Positions 41,580 to 54,396 of a stretch of DNA of 64,000 bases are shown here, piece by piece. Positions within the stretch are counted from its first letter, which is position 1. Each line of letters opens with the position of its first letter. The notes under the pieces were generated by a model. The model saw nothing but the letters and a program-made list of their open reading frames with translations. It did not search any database and was not told where the DNA came from. The translations under genes and the position numbers were made by a program. Origin of the DNA: Eledone cirrhosa (Eukaryota); NCBI GenBank assembly GCA_964016885.1, contig OZ024743.1, positions 242,234,001-242,298,000 on the forward strand, in the 5' to 3' direction.

Positions 41580-42040
41580 TGTATCCAACGGGCTTCCAAA
41601 TAGTTTCTCTCTATTCAATTTTACTCACAAATCATGGATTAACTCGAGCTATGGTAAACGACACTTGTCAAAGATGCTCCGAAATGAGATTGAACCCAAG
41701 AGTTCCCTTCTATTGAATTTCACTCACAAACCATGGATCAACCCGAGCTATGGTAAACGACACTTGTCAAAGATGCTCCGAAATGAGATTGAACCCAAGA
41801 GTTCCCTTCTATTGAATTTCACTCACAAACCATGGATCAACCCGAGCTATGGTAAACGACACTTGTCAAAGATGCTCCGAAATGAGATTGAACCCAAGAG
41901 TTCCCTTCTATTGAATTTCACTCACAAACCATGGATCAACCCGAGCTATGGTAAACGACACTTGTCAAAAATACCACGGAGTGGGATTGAACCCGGAACC
42001 TAATGATTGCCAAGCAAATCTCTCTTAACCATTCGGCCAT
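41580..42040 (-). mobile_element. tRNA-derived SINE with an internally amplified 99-bp unit
   Basis: A-box TGGCCGAATGG and B-box GGTTCAATCCC at ~41985-42040; the 99-bp body repeats about 4 times. Confidence 0.85.
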
Positions 42041-42394
42041 CTTAATGTCATTTACTATTTAATGTCATTAACTATTTTGTTATTGCACTAAATTTTGGAA
42101 GACATTTGTTTGTTTTTGATTATTTGATTTTTTTTTTTGTCTTTTTATTGTTGTTTTATTTTTTCTAATGTTGTTGCTGCTGCTGCTGTTGTTGGTATTG
42201 TTTTATTATGAAGAGCAATGTTTGTTGTTGTTGTTGTTGTTGTTTCCTTCCATATCACTAATTGCAGTTTACAGTAATTTATTACAGTGGATGTCACGTG
42301 TGCTCATCATTCAACACTTGATGCAGTTTCTGTGGACTATCTCTTGCTTTGTTGCTGTTGTGCTTGTTATTGTTGTTAAGGCTGTTTGTTGTTT

Positions 42395-43900
42395 GTGGTG
42401 GTGGTGGTGGTGGTGGCGGCGGTATGGTGGTGGTGGTGGTGGTGGTGGCGGTATGGTGGTGGTGATGGTGGTGGTGGTGGTGGTGGTGGCGGTATGGTGG
42501 TGGTGATGGTGGTGGTGGTGGCGGTATGGTGGTGATGATGGTGGTGGTGGTGGCGGTATGGTGGTGGTGGTGGTGGTGGTGGTGGTGGTGGTGGCGGTAT
42601 GGTGGTGGTGATGGTGGTGGTGGTGGCGGTATGGTGGTGATGATGGTGGTGGTGGTGGTGGTGGTGGCGGTATGGTGGTGGTGATGGTGGTGGTGGTGGC
42701 GGTATGGTGGTGGTGATGGTGGTGGTGGTGGCGGTATGGTGGTGGTGGTGGTGGTGGTGGTGGTGGTGGTGGTGGCGGTATGGTGGTGGTGGTGGTGGCG
42801 GTATGGTGGTGGTGATGGTGGTGGTGGTGGTGGTGGTGGTGGCGGTATGGTGGTGGTGGTGGTGGCGGTATGGTGGTGATGATGGTGGTGGTGGTGGTGG
42901 TGGTGGTGGCGGTATGGTGGTGGTGGTGGTGGCGGTACGGTGGTGATGATGGTGGTGGTGGTGGTGGTGGCGGTATGGTGGTGGTGGTGGTGGCGGTATG
43001 GTGGTGTTGATGGTGGTGGTGGTGGCGGTATGGTGGTGGTGATGGTGGTGGTGGTGGTGGTGGTGGCGGTATGGTGGTGGTGGTGGTGGTGGTGGTGGTG
43101 GTGGTGGTGGTGGTGGTGGTGGTGGTGGCGGTATGGTCGTGGTGATGGTGGTGGTGGTGGCGGTATGGTGGTGGTGGTGGTGGTGGTGGTGGTGGTGGTG
43201 GTGGTGGTGGTGGTGGTGGTATGGTGGTGGTGGTGGTGGTGGTGGTGGTGGTGGTGGTGGTGGCGGTATGGTGGTGGTGGTGGTGGTGGTGGTGGTGGTG
43301 GTGGTGGTGGTGGTGGTGGTGTGGTGGTGATGATGGTGGTGGTGGTGGTGGTGGTGGTGGTGGCGGTATGGTGGTGGTGGTGGCGGTATGGTGGTGGTGG
43401 TGGTGGTGGCGGTATGGTGGTGGTGGTGGTGGTGGTGGTGGCGGCGGTATGGTGGTGGTGGTGGTGGTGGTGGTGGTGGTGGTGGTGGTGGCGGTATGGT
43501 GGTGGTGGTGGTGGCGGCGGTATGGTGGTGGTGATGGTGGTGGTGGTGGTGGCGGTATGGTGGTGGTGGTGGTGGTGGTGGTGGTGGTGGCGGTATGGTG
43601 GTGGTGGTGGTGGCGGCGGTATGGTGGTGGTTATGGTGGTGGTGGTGGTGGTGGCGTAATGGTGGTGGTGGTGGTGGTGGTGGTGGCGGCGGCGGTATGG
43701 TGGTGATGATGGTGGTGGTGGTGGTGGTGGTGGCGGCGGTATGGTGGTGGTGGTGGTGGCGGTACGGTGGTGATGATGGTGGTGGTGGTGGTGGTGGTGG
43801 TGGTGGTGGTAGTATTAGTATTAGTAGTAGTGGTGGTTGTGGTGGTGGTGGTGGCGGCGGTATGGTGATGATGGTGGTGATGGTGGTGGTGGCGACAACG

Positions 43901-43943
<43 letters not shown>

Positions 43944-43995
43944 TAGTAGTAGTAGTGGTAGTAGTAGTAGTAGTAGGCATGGTATTGGTGGTGGT
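42395..43995. repeat. (GGT)n array punctuated by GGCGGTAT, ending in (AGT)n
   Basis: Direct reading. Confidence 0.95.
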
Positions 43996-44004
43996 GTTCA
44001 TTAT

Positions 44005-44395
44005 ATAATTGTTTCTACCTTTGACACAAGGCCAGCAATTACCCCAGTGTATTACTGGTACGTTATTTTATCGAGCTCGTAAGGATGAAAGGCAAAGTTA
44101 ACCTCAGTGGAATTTGAACTCAGATCGTAAAGGGACATAACTCTATGCTGCAAAGCATGGCGTCCGACCTTCCATGGATACTGCCAATCCGCCGCCCCTG
44201 TGCTCATTATATAATTGTTTCTACTTTAGGCACAAGGCCAGCAATTATCCAGTGCATTACTGGTACTTTATTTTACCGACCCCGTAAGGATGAAAGGCAA
44301 AGTGAACCTCGGCGGGATTTGAACTCAGATCGTAAAGGGACGTAACTATGCTGGAAAGCATGGCGTCCGACTCTCTACTGATACTGCCAATCCAA
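44005..44395 (-). mobile_element. Two tandem family-M SINE copies
   Basis: Both copies show tail, central domain, B-box and head in reverse. Confidence 0.9.
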
Positions 44396-44589
44396 TTATA
44401 TAATGATGTTGATATCGTCTGACAGTTATCTAGCGGACATATGATTAAAGGCATTCCACCGGTGACCATCCCGTCGTTTTCCAATATTTAGGGAAACCAG
44501 TAACACATTACACAATATCCTTTTCTTTGAGAACTGTATGTCACGGATTGAAGAGGATTGTGTTGAGATGGAGAGGAAGGATGGTAATG

Positions 44590-44621
<32 letters not shown>

Positions 44622-44740
44622 GGCTCGTAAATATAAGTCCATGGTCATGTTTTACTACGTGGTCAATAAATATCCGTGGTCAAGACTGAGCCCATTGCAA
44701 AAATTATATGTATATATACGCATATATATATATATATATA

Positions 44741-44910
44741 CCATATTTCCCGGCGCCGGAGACCCTTCGTCCTCGAGGGCGCACCCTAATTTTGACAACC
44801 AAAAATTTGAAAAAAAATATAATAAAACTCTTTTGGCCTCCAGGACGTATGGTAGATTTTTTAGACTTATTTTAGGGGGAAAGTAACGTCTTCAACGCCG
44901 GGAAATACTG
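44741..44910. mobile_element. Tc1/mariner-pogo type MITE inserted in (TA)n
   Basis: TIRs CCATATTTCCCGGCG / CGCCGGGAAATACTG flanked by TA. Confidence 0.8.
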
Positions 44911-44952
44911 TATATAAACACACACACATACACATGTATATATATATATATA

Positions 44953-46255
44953 ATGAAATTATTGTGTACAGTGCTCAGGTGCACTACAACTCGTTAAAGG
45001 TGCATTTATAGTACATAGAATAATATACAAATGTCAGGAAAGTTAATAGTGTATGAGTTATGATATACATGTGTGCTTGTGTGTGGAGGGGGAATATTAG
45101 GTGTAGTGTTGGCGAATCTCAGGAAGCATGGAGATTTTAAAGGATGCAGTGTCTCGACAGCTAATAACTGATGCAGGTAGTTTGTTCCATGCTTCAGCAA
45201 CTCTGAGCGTGAAAAGATGTTTCTGAAAGTCATGGGAGCTGTGCTGTTTTCTGACTTTGTAGGCATGTGTTAGACACATGGAAATCAAAAAGGTACCCAG
45301 GGTTGTTGTTGGCAAGATGGTTAGTAATTTTGTGGGTGTTTACCAAGTCAGTTGCCAGACGTCGGAGCTTCAATGTATCCATGCCCAGGGAAGCAAGGCG
45401 TTCAGAGTATGGTAGATGCCTGATGGAGGGTATTCGCTTGGTTGCACGTCTCTGAACAGTTTCCAGGCGGTCAATGTTCTGAGCAAGATAAGGTTCCAGA
45501 CTGGTGATGCAAATTCTAAGTGTGGCCGCACCATAGCCATATACAGCTTTAAATAGATAGCTGGAGAGCGGCTCACAAAGGTCTTGCTGAGTGATGCGAA
45601 GACACCCTCGGCTTTCTTGACAATTTTAGAGACGTGCTTCGTCCAACGCAAATTGCTGCTGACAGTAATGCCCAGGTCACGTTCACAAGAAGACTTCTTG
45701 ATATTAGTGTTGTGGAGGGAGTAAGTGGAAGCTGGGTTTTTACTCCCAAAATGCATGGTGGTACACTTGTCCACAGCTAGCTTTAGTTACCAGTCTGAGA
45801 TCCATTGTTGCATTGTCTGGTCAGATTGCACGCAAGATATATAGTGTTCAGGATCGGTGCTTTTTATCTCAAGGTACAGCTTGATGTCATCTGCATATTT
45901 CAGTACTGTGGCATTCATTAAGTTGGCATCTATGTCATTAATATATGCCACAAACAAAATGTGGCCAAGAACAGATCCCTGTGGTACACCAGATGACATC
46001 TCATATGGTGAGAAGTGCTGTCCTAGAACCGTGACTACCTCTCTTCGACTGAGAATGAAGGACTTCAACCAGTTAAAAAGTTCATCCTTCACACCCATTG
46101 CAGAGAGTTTTGTCATAAGTCTTTTGTGTGGCACAGAATTGAAAGCTTTAACAACGTCAAGGTAAACAACATCGACCCATGAGCCACCATCAGTGATCCG
46201 GGTGATGGCTTCGAGAAACTCGATAAGTTGATCACAACAGCTGGAGTTAGGGATA
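44953..46255 (-). pseudogene. 5'-truncated CR1-group LINE (RT domain and 3' UTR)
   Basis: Motifs VDVVYLDVVKAFNSVPH, SGVPQGSVLG, KYADDIKLY, ERDLG and VRPHLEFASPVWN, with a stop and frameshifts. Confidence 0.9.
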
Positions 46256-46410
46256 AATATAAGTCGATCGACTTTCGTCAAATCGAATCGAGGAAACAAT
46301 GTTTCCGTTGGTCTTTCCAATTGCTAATACTCTCTATCGATCGCAACTCCGGGTAGAAGGAGCAACGTGAAATAAAGTGTCTTGCCCAAGGACATAAGGC
46401 ATCGCCTGGG
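46256..46410 (-). mobile_element. CORE-type SINE remnant (family C)
   Basis: Reverse complement contains TGTCCTTGGGCAAGACACTTTATTTCACGTTGCTCC. Confidence 0.75.
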
Positions 46411-46771
46411 CCGAAAATATATATATAAATGGAAAAAATGAAACGAAATTTCATTTCTCACTCTTAGTACGGCTGTTACTTAAATATAAGTATGTATACG
46501 TACATACATATATGTGTACAGACGTACAGTAGTATGTATATATATACATACATGCACACATATATATATGTACGTATGGATTTACCGAACATTTATTATA
46601 ATGCTCGATGTGTTTGTAAACAAACATTCTGAATTAAGCCGTACAGTGTTTAGCAACCATCGTTGCCCTTTTGTTCAACACTGACAACATCTGAGCACAT
46701 CTGCACAAACTATTGGCAACTAAATATATGTATCGCCTATCTTTCCTTTTTCCTCTCTCTCGATACTTAAA

Positions 46772-46804
<33 letters not shown>

Positions 46805-46814
46805 ATACTATAAA

Positions 46815-46871
<57 letters not shown>

Positions 46872-47066
46872 CTCGGCATATGTGGCTTGCAAATCCTGGA
46901 CTCCAGCAATTAAATACGCTATTGCTATCATTATTGACGGCACGAGTCGACTTGTAATCACACAACCACAGTTTGAAATGCCGTCATTAAAACTGAGTGC
47001 AACCAACTGTCATTTTTGTGCTCGTTTGAAGTAGTAGTAGTCGTAGTAGTAGTCGTCGTCGTCGTC

Positions 47067-47138
<72 letters not shown>

Positions 47139-47435
47139 TTTTTTGTCATCATATTGTCTTTATTGCTATTGTTGTTGTTATTGCTATTGTCTCTATTACT
47201 ACTGCTGTTGTTGTTGCTGTTGTTGGTAGTCCTATTGTTTATTACAGTCTGTATTATCTGTTGCTAGGTTAGTCTAATTCACATAGAAAGAAAAAAATTA
47301 CAAAACGCTCGTTTCCCATATTGTTTATAACTTAAACCTCACTCTAAGTATTTTTGCCATCATACACACAGACATACAAACATACATACATATAGACATA
47401 CATACAGACATACATACATACATACATACATACAT

Positions 47436-47550
47436 GATGGCTGTCCCCTCGTTATCGAGTAGGGTCATTGCACGAGGAGAAAAAATAAATAAATAAAATA
47501 AAAAATAAAAATTAATAAATAAATAAAAAAGAAAATAAAAATTAAAAAAA

Positions 47551-47600
<50 letters not shown>

Positions 47601-47655
47601 ATACATATATATATACACACACATACATATACACACACACATCTACATTAATAAC

Positions 47656-47687
<32 letters not shown>

Positions 47688-49056
47688 CAAAAATAATAAC
47701 GACAAAAACAATAATAATATACATATACATATATATATATATACACATACACGCACACACATAAACATATCTATACACACACACACACGATAGCAACTAA
47801 CAGCGCTGCGATCGAATGTGGCTTTTTAGCCCAGCCAATGATCTAAAATGTCTTGCACAGAGTCGGCAACCAAAACATTGACTGGGAATAGTCGGATGTG
47901 GTTGGAGTTCGTGTACTTTTGCATGTCGCTTGAGCCCTCCTGCTGATTTACATTCTCTACCACATGTTTGGCAAGCATGATGAGTAGCATCTCCAACAGC
48001 AGCCTGGTAGTCAACCACTGGTCTCACTTTATGACTGCGAAGATGACTTTCGAGTCCAGCTTTGCTTAGGCAGAGTCTCGCACAGACGCTGCATGTCAGC
48101 ACCATAGGAGGACCCTCGCCGTCTGGAAGTGCAACAGCAATGCCCTTCCTCACATCCCGCTTTACTTTCTTGTATGCGATTCGAGATGCCTCAAAGGCAA
48201 CTTTTCTCTCATATACAGTCTTTCTCCATTTATTACGATCAGCAGCAATATTTTCCCATGTACCAGCAGAGATGTTAGCGTCTTTCAAAGAGGCTTTCAA
48301 GGAATCCTTATACCTCTTTTTTGGTTTATGTGGCGGTCGTTTTCCTTTAACTAACTCTCCATAAAAGAGTTGTTTTGGTATTCTAGAATCCTTCATCCTG
48401 CCAAGGTGACCACTCCAACGGAGTCGTTGCTTAAGCACAAGAGCTTCTATAGTGTCACACATAGAGCTTTCCAAAATCTTGACATCACTGATGTGGTCCC
48501 TCCAGTGAACGCCATGGATCCGTCTGAGACACATCTGATGGAAACGCTCCAATTGCTTAAGGTGGTGTCGATATGTGACCCAGGTCTCGCAGGCATAAAG
48601 AAGACAAGAGAGCACACATGCCTTGTACAACTTTACTTTTGTCCTCCTGCATATGTCTCGCCGACCCCAGAGTCGCCTTTCTAGCTTTCCGAAAGCATCA
48701 CTTGCTTTCCTAATCCTAAGTGAGATTTCACTGTCAAGGTTGCTGTATCGATTGACAGTGCTTCCCAGGTAGACAAACTGATCAACCACTCCAAGTCGTT
48801 TACCATACACATAGATATTTGGTTCAGTGTACTGCTTACCAGGGGCAGGTTGGTACATGACGACGGTTTTCTTGAGACTGACAATCAATCCTAGGGCAGT
48901 GCAAGCGTCAGAAAATGCATTCAAAATGTGCTGCATATCACTCTCTGTGTGCGCTACAAGATCGTAATCATCTGCATACAAGAGGTCTCTTATGATTGAT
49001 GTAAATACTTTTGTCTTTGCAGCAAAGCGCCTGATGTTAAATATGCTGCCTGAGGT
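47436..49056 (-). mobile_element. 3' half of an RTE-clade LINE (coding 49056-47797) with microsatellite-rich 3' region and terminal stem-loop
   Basis: Motifs DLLYADD, FVYLGS, LLYACETW, RLRWSGHL and RIPKQLFYGEL plus three C2H2-like fingers. The tail CTCGATAACGAG..CAGCCATC is followed by (ATGT)n. Confidence 0.92.
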
Positions 49057-49453
49057 ATGAGGGAGCTTATAGATAGGACAACACACGCTGTCTTTTCGTG
49101 GGGTAAGTTTTTAATTAATTTTTGTATTCTGAAACATCAAAATACAACAATTTTTTGGTCACTGGACTCAGGAATGTCACGACAGAAGTTTGTGGAAGTT
49201 ACACAAATATTTTAATATATTTTACCAGAGCAATCCTTATTTATATTTTACATTTTACATTTACTTACATCTCAATATAACATGGCTAAAATTCAAATTT
49301 TGCAAAGAGAAGAAAACGGACAAATGAACTAGATACATCTCACTGTCCCCCACCACCACAATAACGTCTACACTCTCTCCCCACCATCACATGTCATTAC
49401 CCTATCTAGACTAAAGTCATCGACCTGTTATCAAACTCTCTACTCTGTGTTGA

Positions 49454-49490
<37 letters not shown>

Positions 49491-49764
49491 GGTATATGTG
49501 TGTATATACATCACTAAGTCAAACGACCAGATTTCAACCCCAACATCTACAACAACAACACCGGCACTAATGTTTACAGCAACAATAGCTTCACAACAGC
49601 GGCATCAAACGATAAAAAAAAAGCACAAACAAACAAAAAAACTCAAAATAACAAAACACACACACGCACACAACACAACAACATCAACTGCCACCACCAC
49701 CACTACCGCCGCCGCTATCACCATCACCAGCGACCGGGCCTTAAGAAAACAACTTTAATAATAA

Positions 49765-49915
49765 TAATTTTTCTGCTTTTGGCACGGATCCAGCGACTGG
49801 TCCAGCGCATTACTGGTACTCTCTTTTGTTGACTCCGTGGGGATGAAAGGCAAGGTTGACCTCGGCGGGATTTAAGCTCAGAGCGTGGAGAGCCATAGCT
49901 CTATGCTGTAAAGTA
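49765..49915 (-). mobile_element. Family-M SINE, degraded
   Basis: GGATGAAAGGCAAGGTTGACCTCGGCGGGATTT central domain. Confidence 0.8.
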
Positions 49916-49999
49916 ATTATAATAACGGATTCAACTATACGAACTCTTGAAAGTCAACAGTTGACATAATCTTGTAATCTTGTATCAGTAATGATGGTA

Positions 50000-50039
<40 letters not shown>

Positions 50040-50194
50040 AAGTGAGTAGCGTGTGTGTGTTTGTTTGTATGTATGAGTGTTGCTGTGTGCGCGCGTATGT
50101 ATGCGTGTGTGTGCGCGCATATGTATGCGCGTGTGTGTATGTCGTACGTATAAGTGTCAATAAGTGAGTTTTTTTTTTTTTTTGCGCGCGGGGA

Positions 50195-50484
50195 CAGAAA
50201 TAATCGGGCTGGATGCCGGATCGCGCAGTTAAACCACTGGGAGTGAAGAACCCCTAGCCCTTGTCAGGGCATTCTTCTAGGAGAAGGCATCTCAGGAAAC
50301 TGGTTAACTCCGACATAAAACCTGCGGCTCAGTAGTTACCGATGATGTTGATCTTTTCTTCTTTTCGGGTTATAGCTACTGTCGCTCAGAGAGTGGGATT
50401 GGCTCAGTGCACAGTCATTCCTCATTTTAAAAAAATATTCGTCACGCACAGGCATTGCACGAGTGCATTAATAATTATTAATAG

Positions 50485-50485
<1 letters not shown>
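50195..50485 (+). mobile_element. Partial non-autonomous RTE-related element (family A)
   Basis: Closely matches the reverse complement of ~31780-32070. Confidence 0.85.
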
Positions 50486-50523
<38 letters not shown>

Positions 50524-50525
<2 letters not shown>

Positions 50526-50873
50526 AGTTGCATTTATCTTGCTTTATGTTCATACGAGTTATCACCAAGTCACAACCAGTGACCTCAAGAGACAACAAGG
50601 TCCGCCATGTTCAAGAAAGAACATACATACTCACACATACATCTTTAGTGTTTAGACTTGTGATGTACTTATATTGACAGAATCTTCCTTAGTATATGGG
50701 CAGTTCCCATTAGTACTATCTTTTGTATTTCTCCTATACGCGGGTTTCATGAGATTTGCGATAAGTAATCATTAGACCCCTTAGGTATCATTCCCAGAGC
50801 GCCTACAACCACTGGTATTGTTTTAGTTCTCAATTTCCACATTTTTCCAATTTCTATCTCCAGGTCCTTATAC

Positions 50874-50876
<3 letters not shown>
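50524..50876 (-). pseudogene. Short 3' fragment of a second R4/Dong subfamily
   Basis: KYKDLEIEIGKMWKLRTKTIPVVVGALG...GTAHILRKILSI*, with its own 3' UTR and (TAA)n on both sides. Confidence 0.88.
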
Positions 50877-50917
<41 letters not shown>

Positions 50918-51003
50918 GTTATTGTTATTCCTTGAATCTCAGTCATTGATGTTGGTTAACTGGAAAGTCCGTTGGATTGAATATCAAGCCACTACCTGCA
51001 GCC

Positions 51004-54000
51004 TCAGATATTCAGGACGTATCGGAGGGTTCTTGCCGTTCCAAGCAAGCATGCCTTTTGAAGCGTTCCAAAAAGCGTGAAGGGGCCGATTTTCTTTAAC
51101 CATCCCTGGAAACCTTTGGAGATAGTCCCCAGTGCGCCTATGACAATCGGGATCACTTTGACTTCATGGCAGTTCCAAATCCTTTTCACCTCCCACTTTA
51201 GGTCCTGGTATCGGTTAATTTTCTCCCTCTCCTTCTCTTGCACTCTCGTGTCGAACGGGCAGGCCACATCCACAATCAGGCACGATCTTTTTTCTTTGTC
51301 CACAACCACCAGGTCAGGTCTATTGTGTTCCAGTTTTTTGTCCGTCTGTATCCTAAAATCCCACAGCACCTTCACCTGACTGTTCTCCATCACCGCCTCT
51401 GGCCTATGCTCATACCATTTCTCAGAATGTGGTAGATTGTTTACTTTGCACAGGTGCCAGTGGATCACCCTGCCCATCACATCGTGTCTCCAGCCCTTAT
51501 AGTGGGTCTGGGCTAGGTGTTTACACTCGGACACAATGTGAGCCACAGTCTCCTCTCTCTCTCCACAGATCCTGCACAGTGGGCTAGCCTCCTCCTTGTA
51601 GATATGGTGCTTCAACCACTTCGTTTTGAGGGCCTGCTCCTGCGCAGCCATTAGCATTCCTTCTGTAGCCTTTTTGAGGTCTCCTCTTCTCAACCAGTTC
51701 CATGTCTGTGGATCTCTAAATTCAGTTTTCTCAAAGAAGGTACTATGAAGGGATTTTCCCTTAAGGCTGCTCTTCCTCCTTGATGTTATTTCCTCCTTGG
51801 GTATCCCCTGGCCTACTCTCCCCTCCTTCAGTACAGCTCTGAGCATTGGCTCCTTACTATAGGTCACGTATTTGTATAGGTTGTTTTTCTCCATCTGAAC
51901 ACAGTCCTCTATGCTGATAAGACCTCTTCCACCCTCAGATCTCCTTAGGTAGAGTCTATCGACATCACTCCTCTTGTGGAACATGTTGTAGATAGTCAAT
52001 AGCTTCCTAGTCTTCCTATCCATTTCTTTTTGTTCAGCAACATTCCATCTCAGAATTCCCGCACTGTACCTAATAATAGACACAGCTCGGGAATTTACTG
52101 CGCTTATGGCATTTCTGCTGTTCAGATGTGACTTCAATACGCTCCTTACTCTCCGAATGTATTCAGTTCTTAACAATTCCTTCATTTTTTTGTTCTTTAT
52201 GCCATCAGCCTCCAGAACGCCCAAATACTTGTATCCTTCCTCAGAGTCAATTTCCTTTATCATCTCACCTGTTGGTATCTGGATCCCGTTACTTCTGCTC
52301 AACCTACCCCTCCTCATCACAATGACTCCACATTTACCAATACCAAACTGCATACATATATCACTGCTGAAAATACGGACAGTGTCAACAAGCACATCCA
52401 ACTCCTTCTCACTTTTCCCGAAGAGCTTAAGATCGTCCATGAAGAGGAGGTGATTGATGGTAAGCTCTCCCCTTCCCAACTTGTATCCTGCTCTCACTTT
52501 TCGCAGCATAATGGTCAAGGGCATCAGGGCAAGGACAAACAACAGAGGGGACAGGCTATCTCCCTGGAAGATACCTCTCTTGATCTTCACGCTTCCCAAG
52601 GATACTCCAGTTGATGTCAACTCTGTCTCCCAGGACCCCATACTCCTGCCCAGCAACTCTCTGATGTTATCTGCCACCCTGAAGATCTCCAGGCTTTTGG
52701 TGATCCAGGAATGAGGCACCATGTCAAATGCCTTTCTGTAGTCTATCCATCCCATGGCAAGATCAGTGTGTCTCCTCCTGCAATTCCCCATTACCATCTT
52801 ATCAATAAGCAACTGGTCCTTTGTACCACGTGACTTCTTTCGGCATCCTTTCTGTTCGTCCGGCAACAAGTTGTTTGTGTGGAGGTGATGGTAGATTTCC
52901 TCAGACACAATGCTCGTCAACAGTTTCCACATTACGGGCAGACATGTGATAGGTCTATAGTTGGTAACATCATTACCCTTGATTCGGTCTTTCATTATCA
53001 GAACTGTGGTACCTTTTGTCAACCACTCTGGCACCTCACCCGACACCAAGCAGTCATTGAACATGGCCGTCAGCTTCGGGTGGAGGGATGTTAAATGTTT
53101 AATCCAATACCCCTGCACACCATCTGGGCCTGGTGATTTCCAGTTGGTTAGTTTTTTGGCTTGCCCCTTAAGAGTTTCAACTGTGATACTCAAATCAGTC
53201 TGTTGCTGTGCCTGCTCACCGATCTCCCTCTGTACTGTCTCAATCCACCCTGCCTGGGCATTGTGTCTAACATCCTGCTCCCATATTCCTCTCCAGAATG
53301 TTTTAGCTTGTTCCGCCCCAGGGATCAAGTCGGTGCCTCTTTCTTTCCCCTCAAGCTGTCCAAACAGCATCTTCTGGTTGTTGTCGAACATGCGGTTCTG
53401 TTTATACTGACTGGCTCTGTTCTCGTATCGCCTGATTTTGGCACTCTTTGCTACAATGCGTTGCTTCAATTCCTCTATGATAATATTTAGCTTTTTACTC
53501 CTAGTTTTGTATTTTATTTCCAGTCTATTTTTAGTGCCTATGTTTTTTAGTGTCCCATTCAGTAGTGACTCAAGCTTTCCTATGTCATTTCTCATTTCCC
53601 CGATTTGCCCACTCAGTCGCTTCTTCCACCACGGCTCTGCTCTTTCTTGTCTGTTGTTTCCTCTCGCTTTTATACCAAGTAGTTTCCTCACCGTATTTGC
53701 TGTTGCTTTGAGGATATTGTTGCACTGGTGAAGACTCCTCGCCTCAAGGTATGGGATGACTTTGTTTACCTTAGCTGTTGTTTCTTTTAACTTTTTCCTG
53801 TCTACAAATCTTAGGTTCATAGGTCTCCCACTATCATTGTTCAACTCATCTACCACTAAATTTAGGATGTCAACCGAATCTTGTCCTAGCCCGTCAGCAT
53901 TCATCTCCTCAGTGGCCGTATCTCTGTTCCAGGTATTATTTATCTCAGTATTCAGATCATTGTCTGCTTCGGGTGGTTCCTCCGCTCTCAGGACCTCCTC

Positions 54001-54396
54001 ACCTTCATTTCCCGCCGGCTCGCTTGTCTGGCATACTACACCCGCCATCTCCAAGCCATTCTCTCTGCTCAGTTCCTCCAGTTCCAGCTCGCTTATCCAC
54101 CCATTAGTTCTTATTACCCGAGCCTGCCCGGCCAATTTTTGTTCATCTAATTTAAATAAACCAATCTCGTTCCAGATGTTATGCATCCGTCTCCTGTAGC
54201 CCCTCTCCTTGGGGTTACTTTTCAGGTAGCATTGCATAACAGTTCTATTCAATTCTTTCGTCCAGTTGGTTCTGGCCCCTTTCCTTCTTCTTCTTCCTCC
54301 AACATCAGCAGTATTTCGTTGACAATCAGGTTCCTGCTGCTGAGCCAGGGGGCACCTGTTGGGTGAGAGTCTGTCACATGACGTTCTAGTCTCCAT
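51004..54396 (-). CDS. R4/Dong-clade polyprotein: Myb-like N-terminus, reverse transcriptase, CCHC knuckle, restriction-like endonuclease
   Basis: Uninterrupted 1130 aa with YRPITCL, DYRKAFD, GIFQGDSLSP, FMDD, CRICGEREETVAHIVSEC, RHD, RPD..D..EK..Y and IVIGALG. Confidence 0.96.
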   Translation of the reverse strand: METRTSCDRLSPNRCPLAQQQEPDCQRNTADVGGRRRRKGARTNWTKELNRTVMQCYLKSNPKERGYRRRMHNIWNEIGLFKLDEQKLAGQARVIRTNGWISELELEELSRENGLEMAGVVCQTSEPAGNEGEEVLRAEEPPEADNDLNTEINNTWNRDTATEEMNADGLGQDSVDILNLVVDELNNDSGRPMNLRFVDRKKLKETTAKVNKVIPYLEARSLHQCNNILKATANTVRKLLGIKARGNNRQERAEPWWKKRLSGQIGEMRNDIGKLESLLNGTLKNIGTKNRLEIKYKTRSKKLNIIIEELKQRIVAKSAKIRRYENRASQYKQNRMFDNNQKMLFGQLEGKERGTDLIPGAEQAKTFWRGIWEQDVRHNAQAGWIETVQREIGEQAQQQTDLSITVETLKGQAKKLTNWKSPGPDGVQGYWIKHLTSLHPKLTAMFNDCLVSGEVPEWLTKGTTVLIMKDRIKGNDVTNYRPITCLPVMWKLLTSIVSEEIYHHLHTNNLLPDEQKGCRKKSRGTKDQLLIDKMVMGNCRRRHTDLAMGWIDYRKAFDMVPHSWITKSLEIFRVADNIRELLGRSMGSWETELTSTGVSLGSVKIKRGIFQGDSLSPLLFVLALMPLTIMLRKVRAGYKLGRGELTINHLLFMDDLKLFGKSEKELDVLVDTVRIFSSDICMQFGIGKCGVIVMRRGRLSRSNGIQIPTGEMIKEIDSEEGYKYLGVLEADGIKNKKMKELLRTEYIRRVRSVLKSHLNSRNAISAVNSRAVSIIRYSAGILRWNVAEQKEMDRKTRKLLTIYNMFHKRSDVDRLYLRRSEGGRGLISIEDCVQMEKNNLYKYVTYSKEPMLRAVLKEGRVGQGIPKEEITSRRKSSLKGKSLHSTFFEKTEFRDPQTWNWLRRGDLKKATEGMLMAAQEQALKTKWLKHHIYKEEASPLCRICGEREETVAHIVSECKHLAQTHYKGWRHDVMGRVIHWHLCKVNNLPHSEKWYEHRPEAVMENSQVKVLWDFRIQTDKKLEHNRPDLVVVDKEKRSCLIVDVACPFDTRVQEKEREKINRYQDLKWEVKRIWNCHEVKVIPIVIGALGTISKGFQGWLKKIGPFTLFGTLQKACLLGTARTLRYVLNI

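Noticed and set aside
51077-54366. Plus-strand ORFs overlapping the R4 gene
   Set aside because: Antisense shadows of the real coding frame.
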